Origin: an uncultured Candidatus Binatia bacterium
Lineage (GTDB): Bacteria; Desulfobacterota; Binatia; HRBIN30; CADEER01
DNA: 64,000 bases
Assembly: GCA_965216585.1 (NCBI GenBank)
Contig: CBDCGC010000002.1
Span: 342,459 to 406,458, forward strand
Reading direction: 5' to 3'
Shown here piece by piece: positions 58,498-64,000 of the stretch (position 1 is its first letter; each line of letters starts with the position of its first letter). Position numbers and translations under genes: made by a program. Under the pieces are notes generated by a model. That model ran no database searches, was not told the DNA's origin, and saw nothing but the letters and a program-made list of their open reading frames with translations.

Positions 58498-61400
58498 CTA
58501 CGGCACGTCCGTGTAATCGATCTCCACGTCAAAGGCGTTGGCGATTTCCGCCCCGAGACCGAGCGGCTCTTCATCGATGCCGAAAGCATCGCGCAGGTGG
58601 GCGACGCTGAAGTGCTGCCAGATGGCGTATGACAGCTCGGCCGGATACTCGAGATCGGAGCAGCCGTCGTCGCCGAGGCGCACCAGGTCGGGTGGGATCG
58701 GCAGTGGTAGAGCCGACAACCCACCGAGCTCGCGAATGCCCGGACACTGATCGGTGAAGGAGTTGTGGCCGGTTTCGGCGACGATGACCATGCGCTTGGG
58801 TCCGTTCAAGGCGGCGAACGCTTCGCGCACGCGCTCCTCGGTGACGGCGATGTCGCCGGCCGCGGCGACCAGCATGACCGGTTTGTTCGACTCGTTGGTC
58901 GCCGCGCCGGTGCCGGCAAAGCCGATGGCGGCGTCGATCCTGGGATTCTCGAGGATGCCGAACGAGGCGCCGCCGCCGGCTGAATGGCCGGAGGTCGCAA
59001 CGAGGTCGGCATTGATCGCGCCCTCGAAAGGACTTCCCGGTGAGACGTTCTGGAACTCTAGCAGCTCGATCATCGCCAGCAGATCTTCTTCATCGCGATC
59101 GTCGCCGGGATGCGTTCCCGGCAGAGCGACTTCGGCGAGACCGCGTTCGAGGTGATCGGTCGACGCGACGATGAAACCCCACGAGGCGATGCCGGCGCAG
59201 AGCAGCGAGTTGGCCTGGCGGAAACCGCCGAAGCCGTGTGAGAAGAGGAGAATCGGAAAAGGACCCTCCTGTGAGACCGGCAGATCGCGGTACGCCGTCA
59301 TCTCGATCACCGAGTTGAGCTCGGGGAATGCCTCGCGAATCGGCTCGACGAGGTTGTCGGGCAGCGAATCGAGGCTTTCGTAGGACGCCCGCTGCATTCC
59401 CGCTTCGCTGCCGTCGACGGCCGGATACCAAATCTCGACGTTGCGGTCGGGCTCGACGCCGAGCAGGAGGGTGCGCACGCCGACCGTGAACGGACCCGGG
59501 CCCTGGTAGAGGGGCTGGGCACTCTGATCGGCCGGTGCGGGGTCGTAGAGGACTTTGCTCTCCGCGACGGCGGCAACCTGTTGGCGTGTGAACGGGATCT
59601 CGAAGGTTTCGCCGTTGAGGTAGCGCGCCGTCAGGTCGCCGTAGTGCAGATCCGGATTGATGCGGTTGTACACCTCGGTGATCAACTCGCCGGGATTGCC
59701 GAAGTTGCCGCCCGGTAGGGAGTTGAAAGCGCGTACCCCGGCCGGGTCGAGCTCGACGACCAGGCGCATCGACGGGCCGCCGTTGAAATTGAAGGAATCG
59801 GAGTTGAGGCTGTAGGAAGCAGGGTTGACCGTGAAGCGGCCACCCGGGGCGGCGAAGGGGCCGAGGTCGAAGTTGGGCACGCCCGCCTGGCCGAAGAAGT
59901 GCTGGAAGCTCAAGCCGTGGATCTTGCCCCACTGCCACTGCTCGACGTCGTCGGTGGCGAAGGCGCCGGCGAGAAACGCCAGGCCGTCGCGCAGAGCGGT
60001 GAGGAGAATTTCGTCGCGGGTTTCAGTGCCGGCGGTGTTCTTGTCGTCCCACAGTGTGCTCTCGCCGTTGTCTCCCTTGGTGTGGACGACGAAGCCGGGG
60101 TCACTGCGGTCGATGTCTTCGAGAATGTGGAGCAGCGCCTTGGTGGCGTCCGATCCGCCCGGGCGGCCGACGCCGGTGCCGGCGAAGTCGTCGGTGAAAA
60201 CGGCGCGTCCGAGGCGCGTCGACCAGCCGACGAAGATCGACGTGGCAATCGAGTCGGCGACCTCCTCGGCGGAAACCGGCTCGGCGCGTGCATCGAGATC
60301 GTCGCGGAACTCGGCGGCGTCGACGCCGGAGAGCATGTTCCAGGCCGGCGAGCCGTCTTTGTCCGTGCCCCATTCGCGCAAGCGGGTGAGCGCGGATTGC
60401 ATCGCCGCGGTGACCAGATCGGGTCGGTTGTCGGCGGCGGCGAAGAGGAACGGCAGCAGTCGCGAAGCTTCGAGGCTGACGTTGTCGTACTGGTAGGCCG
60501 ACATGTCGGCGAGCGTCATCTTCGCCCCGGCCGGACGCACGCCGGCGTCGTTCGACAGCAAGTCGAGGATACGCTCCTGGCGAAAGCCGATGGCGTTTGC
60601 GTAGCTGAGGTAGATCTCGTCGTTGAGCGGGTCGTTGTCGAGTGTGTTGCCATTGTGGTCGTTGTTGGAGGAAGCGAGATAGCCTTCGGCAGGGTTGACG
60701 GCCTGCGGGAAACTCTCTTCCGACAGCCAGGCGATGCTGCCGTCGGGGTTGGTCAGCCACTCGGCCTCACCGGTGCCGGGCATCGGCAGGTAGGGGATGG
60801 CGCCGGCGGGACGCTGGGGAACGAGGACGAAGGGGAAGTAGGCGATGTCGCCGTTGATGTCGGCCCAGATCCAGTTCTGGCCGCCGACGGCAAAGGAGCG
60901 GATCGCCTGTTTGAACTCATCGACGTTGCGCGAACGGATCATGCTGTTGAGAAAGACCGCATCGAGCGTGATCTCATGGCCCGCCCAGCGAACCGTCATG
61001 CCGGTGGCGGCGAGGCCTTCGAGGTCGTCGTTGATGTTGGGATCGGCGACGTTGGGTCCGTGGTGGGGGACGACATCGATCGGCAGTGGCGTGACGTCGA
61101 ATTCCCCCTCGGAGTTGCGGATGCGGATGCGTTCGACCACGCGCTGCACCGGCACCTGCTCGCCGTTGAAGAGCACCGTGCGTGGCGACGCCGGATAGTC
61201 CTCCGGGGTGGTGATTTCTTCGACGTAGATGTCGGTGACGTCCATGTTGGAGGTCGTCGCACCCCAGGCACCGAAGTTGTTGAAGCCGAGAATGACGCCG
61301 GCCAGGCCGGGAAAGTTGACGCCGCTGGCAGATAGGCCGTCACCGGTCTCGAGGTGGACCATGTGCCAGATCGGCGGGTTGAAATGCGCCAGATGCGGGT

Positions 61401-62331
61401 CGTTGGCCATCATGGCGTGACCGCTCTCGGACATCGACGGGGCGACGATCCAGTTGTTGGAGCCGACGAACTCGGACCCGCGCGTGACCGGGTTCATCGC
61501 CGCCGTCTGGTCGAGCGCCCGGCGCACGCTGGCCAGGACTTCGAGCGGTGGCAGCTCGGACAAAATTCCTCTCACACCGCCGGCGCGCGCCATTTGCTGC
61601 GCGCCGGCGGGAATGATCGTCGCGTTGGTCGCCGGTGCGCTGCGATAGACGTCGCGAAAGATCTCCTCGGGCAGGGCTCGCATGCGCTCGGCGCGGCCGA
61701 TCTCGGATCCCGAATCATCGGAGAGATTCTGCGCCTGCAAGCGACCGACGGCGAGCGTGTCTTGCGGTCGCCAGTTGTCGATGTCGTCGGCCGTGAAGTT
61801 GGAGATGATGGCAAAGGTGTACTCGGCCGGCATCGTCGCGCCATTGCGGCCGGCGCGAACGTCGGCGAGCCAGGCGTTGACGCCGTTGGTGTAGTCCTGG
61901 ATCAGTTGCGCGACATCGGGTGCGCCCTCTTGCACGTGTTCCCACAACGCGTCTTCGAGGCGGCGCCCGTCGCGCGTCGTGAAGAAGGTGCGCATCTCGA
62001 CGTCGGAGCCGATGGTGAAGTTGCCGAAGATCTCGCTCAGCCGCCCGGTGGCGACACGGCGAAAAGCGTCCATTTCCCAGAAACGCGACTTCGCCGTTTC
62101 GTATCCCTGGACGAAGGTGACCGAGCGTTCGTCCGGCCCGTAGATGTGCACGATCCCGAGCTCGTCGGTGACGACCTCGACAGCGGCGCCGAGACCGGGC
62201 AGGGCGATGGTTTCATCGACAGGCACCTCGGCGATCGGGTCCGGTCCGCCACCCCCGTCGTCACTCGAGCAGGCGAGGTGAACGAGACAAAGAAAAGCGA
62301 CGATGAATCGCGAAAGTGTGTGAGAACGCAT
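58498..62331 (-). CDS. Lipoprotein: penicillin/AHL acylase (Ntn hydrolase S45) fused to a C-terminal alpha/beta hydrolase
   Basis: Lipobox HLAC; DELGIVHIY, GSNNW...ANDPHL; then FSHGFGG, GHSAGG, AGD, GHNSF. Confidence 0.9.
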   Translation of the reverse strand: MRSHTLSRFIVAFLCLVHLACSSDDGGGGPDPIAEVPVDETIALPGLGAAVEVVTDELGIVHIYGPDERSVTFVQGYETAKSRFWEMDAFRRVATGRLSEIFGNFTIGSDVEMRTFFTTRDGRRLEDALWEHVQEGAPDVAQLIQDYTNGVNAWLADVRAGRNGATMPAEYTFAIISNFTADDIDNWRPQDTLAVGRLQAQNLSDDSGSEIGRAERMRALPEEIFRDVYRSAPATNATIIPAGAQQMARAGGVRGILSELPPLEVLASVRRALDQTAAMNPVTRGSEFVGSNNWIVAPSMSESGHAMMANDPHLAHFNPPIWHMVHLETGDGLSASGVNFPGLAGVILGFNNFGAWGATTSNMDVTDIYVEEITTPEDYPASPRTVLFNGEQVPVQRVVERIRIRNSEGEFDVTPLPIDVVPHHGPNVADPNINDDLEGLAATGMTVRWAGHEITLDAVFLNSMIRSRNVDEFKQAIRSFAVGGQNWIWADINGDIAYFPFVLVPQRPAGAIPYLPMPGTGEAEWLTNPDGSIAWLSEESFPQAVNPAEGYLASSNNDHNGNTLDNDPLNDEIYLSYANAIGFRQERILDLLSNDAGVRPAGAKMTLADMSAYQYDNVSLEASRLLPFLFAAADNRPDLVTAAMQSALTRLREWGTDKDGSPAWNMLSGVDAAEFRDDLDARAEPVSAEEVADSIATSIFVGWSTRLGRAVFTDDFAGTGVGRPGGSDATKALLHILEDIDRSDPGFVVHTKGDNGESTLWDDKNTAGTETRDEILLTALRDGLAFLAGAFATDDVEQWQWGKIHGLSFQHFFGQAGVPNFDLGPFAAPGGRFTVNPASYSLNSDSFNFNGGPSMRLVVELDPAGVRAFNSLPGGNFGNPGELITEVYNRINPDLHYGDLTARYLNGETFEIPFTRQQVAAVAESKVLYDPAPADQSAQPLYQGPGPFTVGVRTLLLGVEPDRNVEIWYPAVDGSEAGMQRASYESLDSLPDNLVEPIREAFPELNSVIEMTAYRDLPVSQEGPFPILLFSHGFGGFRQANSLLCAGIASWGFIVASTDHLERGLAEVALPGTHPGDDRDEEDLLAMIELLEFQNVSPGSPFEGAINADLVATSGHSAGGGASFGILENPRIDAAIGFAGTGAATNESNKPVMLVAAAGDIAVTEERVREAFAALNGPKRMVIVAETGHNSFTDQCPGIRELGGLSALPLPIPPDLVRLGDDGCSDLEYPAELSYAIWQHFSVAHLRDAFGIDEEPLGLGAEIANAFDVEIDYTDVP

Positions 62332-62439
62332 TTCGTCTCCTGGTTGGCCAGCGGCAACAGAGCCGCGAGTTTGCGCATTCTTACGCTGGCCCGAGCGCAC
62401 GATTCAAGCCTTGGCATTTTCAGCCGGAGCGCGAGTGTT

Positions 62440-62499
62440 GGAAAGGTAGGGGACGTGTGGCCGAGTCCCCGAGTTGGACTTGACGTCCCGTACCTTTCC
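62440..62499. repeat. GTAG-tagged REP-like long hairpin
   Basis: GGAAAGGTAGGGGACGT...ACGTCCCGTACCTTTCC (16/17 complementary) with inner stem GAGTCC/GGACTT. Confidence 0.65.
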
Positions 62500-62536
62500 T
62501 GCCTTCTTCTGCGCGAAGCGGGGGCAGCTACTAGGC

Positions 62537-64000
62537 TGAAACTCGCTGCGCTCGTAGGCTCAGGCGCAGGTGCAGGCTGAGGTCGGTGATCGCTGGCCCG
62601 ACATCCCATTCGAACACTTTCTCTACATGAATGATCCGGCGCCGCGCCGGTGGGTTTGCGTACCTGAAATTGGCGAAGACCAGCCCGAACACTTCAGAGA
62701 AAAGACACCGAATCTTCTCCCTTCGTCGAATGCCCAACTTCCCCCTTTCACTTAAGAGGGATCGCTACGCGCTCTTCATCGGCCCAGCCTCCCCCTTTGA
62801 AAAAGGGGGACTGAGGGGGATTTTCTGATGCACCTCACCGCGCTCTGCGAAATCCCCCCTAACCCCCCTTTTCCAAAGGGGGGGATGGCTACGCGCTCTG
62901 ACCTGAAACTCGCTGCGCTCGTAGGCGCAGGCGCAGGTGCAGGCTGAGGTCGGTGATCACCGGTGGGTTCGCTGACCTGAAATTAGCGAAGACCAGCCCG
63001 GACACTTCAGAGAAAAGACGCCGAATCTTCTCCCTTCGTCGAATGCCCAACTTCCCCCTTTCACTCAAGAGGGATCGCTACGCGCTCTTCATCGGCCCAG
63101 CCTCCCCCTTTGAAAAAGGGGGACTGAGGGGGATTTTCTGATGCACCTCACCGCGCTCTGCGAAATCCCCCCTAACCCCCCTTTTCCAAAGGGGGGGATG
63201 GCTACGCGCTCTGACCTGAAACTCGCTGCGCTCGTAGGCGCAGGCGCAGGTGCAGGCTGAGGTCGGTGATCACCGGTGGGTTCGCTTACCTGAAATTGGC
63301 GAAGACCAGCCCGGACACTTCAGAGAAAAGACGCCGAATCCTCTCCCTTCGTCGAATGCCCAACTTCCCCCCTTTCACTTAAGAGGGATCGCTACGCGCT
63401 CTTCATCGGCCCAGCCTCCCCCTTTGAAAAAGGGGGACTGAGGGGGATTTTCTGATGCACCTCACCGCGCTCTGCGAAATCCCCCCTAACCCCCCTTTTC
63501 CAAAGGGGGGGATGGCTACGCGCTCTGACTTGAAACTCGCTGCGCTCGTAGGCGCAGGTGCAGGTGCAGGCTGAGGTCGGTGATCGCTGGCCCGACATCC
63601 CATTCGAACACTTTCTCTACATGAATGATCCGGCGCCGCGCCGGGGGGTTTGCTTACCTGAAATTGGCGAAGACCAGCCCGAACACTTCAGAGAAAAGAC
63701 GCCGAATCTTCTCCCTTCGTCGAATGCCCAACTTCCCCCTTTCACTTAAGAGGGATCGCTACGCGCTCTTCATCGGCCCAGCCTCCCCCTTTGAAAAAGG
63801 GGGACTGAGGGGGATTTTCTGATGCACCTCACCGCGCTCTGCGAAATCCCCCCTAACCCCCCTTTTCCAAAGGGGGGGATGGCTACGCGCTCTGACTTGA
63901 AACTCGCTGCGCTCGTAGGCTCAGGCGCAGGCTTAGGCAAAGGCAAAGGTTGGTGTCGCTGCGCGAGGCAAATCGAGAGTTTCTCTATATGAGTGATCCG
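62537..64000. repeat. Tandem array of 367/313/314/367-bp units plus a degenerate fifth copy, each full unit with an inverted REP-like doublet
   Basis: TGAAACTCGCTGCGCTCGTAGG recurs at 62537, 62904, 63217, 63531 and 63898; units near-identical apart from a net 54-bp indel and scattered SNPs. Confidence 0.95.

Noticed and set aside
62570-63822. Repeated 60-68 aa ORFs in the array (e.g. ...SPFEKGGLRGIF) as peptide genes or RiPP precursors
   Set aside because: They are translations of the palindrome, lack an RBS, and a 1-nt indel in unit 3 breaks the frame.
62537-64000. CRISPR array
   Set aside because: Units are over 300 bp and near-identical throughout; there are no unique spacers and no cas genes in the window.
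1-64000. tRNA/rRNA genes, integrases, transposases, selenocysteine read-through
   Set aside because: None recognised by eye; tRNAscan-SE, Infernal and ISEScan would be needed to exclude them formally.

Overview
High-GC (about 65-68% by eye) bacterial chromosomal window. The gene set (GlnRS, actinobacterial-type PlsB, ethylmalonyl-CoA mutase, KorAB, Cys-rich modular secreted proteins) suggests a deltaproteobacteria-related lineage such as Ca. Binatia; this is an inference. About 60 CDS are present, mostly housekeeping or metabolic: uvrC, rnhB, E2/lipB/lipA, rubrerythrin-DUF3501, moeB-moaD, trmB, malic enzyme, thiolase/3HCDH, meaA/ecm, tsaC, korAB, plsB, rnhA, glnS. No rRNA, tRNA, CRISPR array, integrase or transposase was recognised. 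The most unusual elements are: (1) a left-edge cluster with three related HxsC-like radical SAM domains, two fused in one polypeptide, plus an SGNH protein and a convergent TPR protein, with no visible precursor peptide; (2) a right-edge tandem array of 313-367 bp units, each carrying an inverted REP-like doublet, preceded by a GTAG-tagged hairpin; (3) a low-GC cassette with its own probably leaderless promoter encoding a split or frameshifted membrane protein; (4) unusual fusions (Ntn acylase + alpha/beta hydrolase, PAS-HisKA-REC without ATPase domain, RNase HI with C-terminal hybrid-binding domain); (5) several palindromic operators and a 43-aa ORF missing from the ORF track. All functional calls are motif-based by eye; no database search was run.
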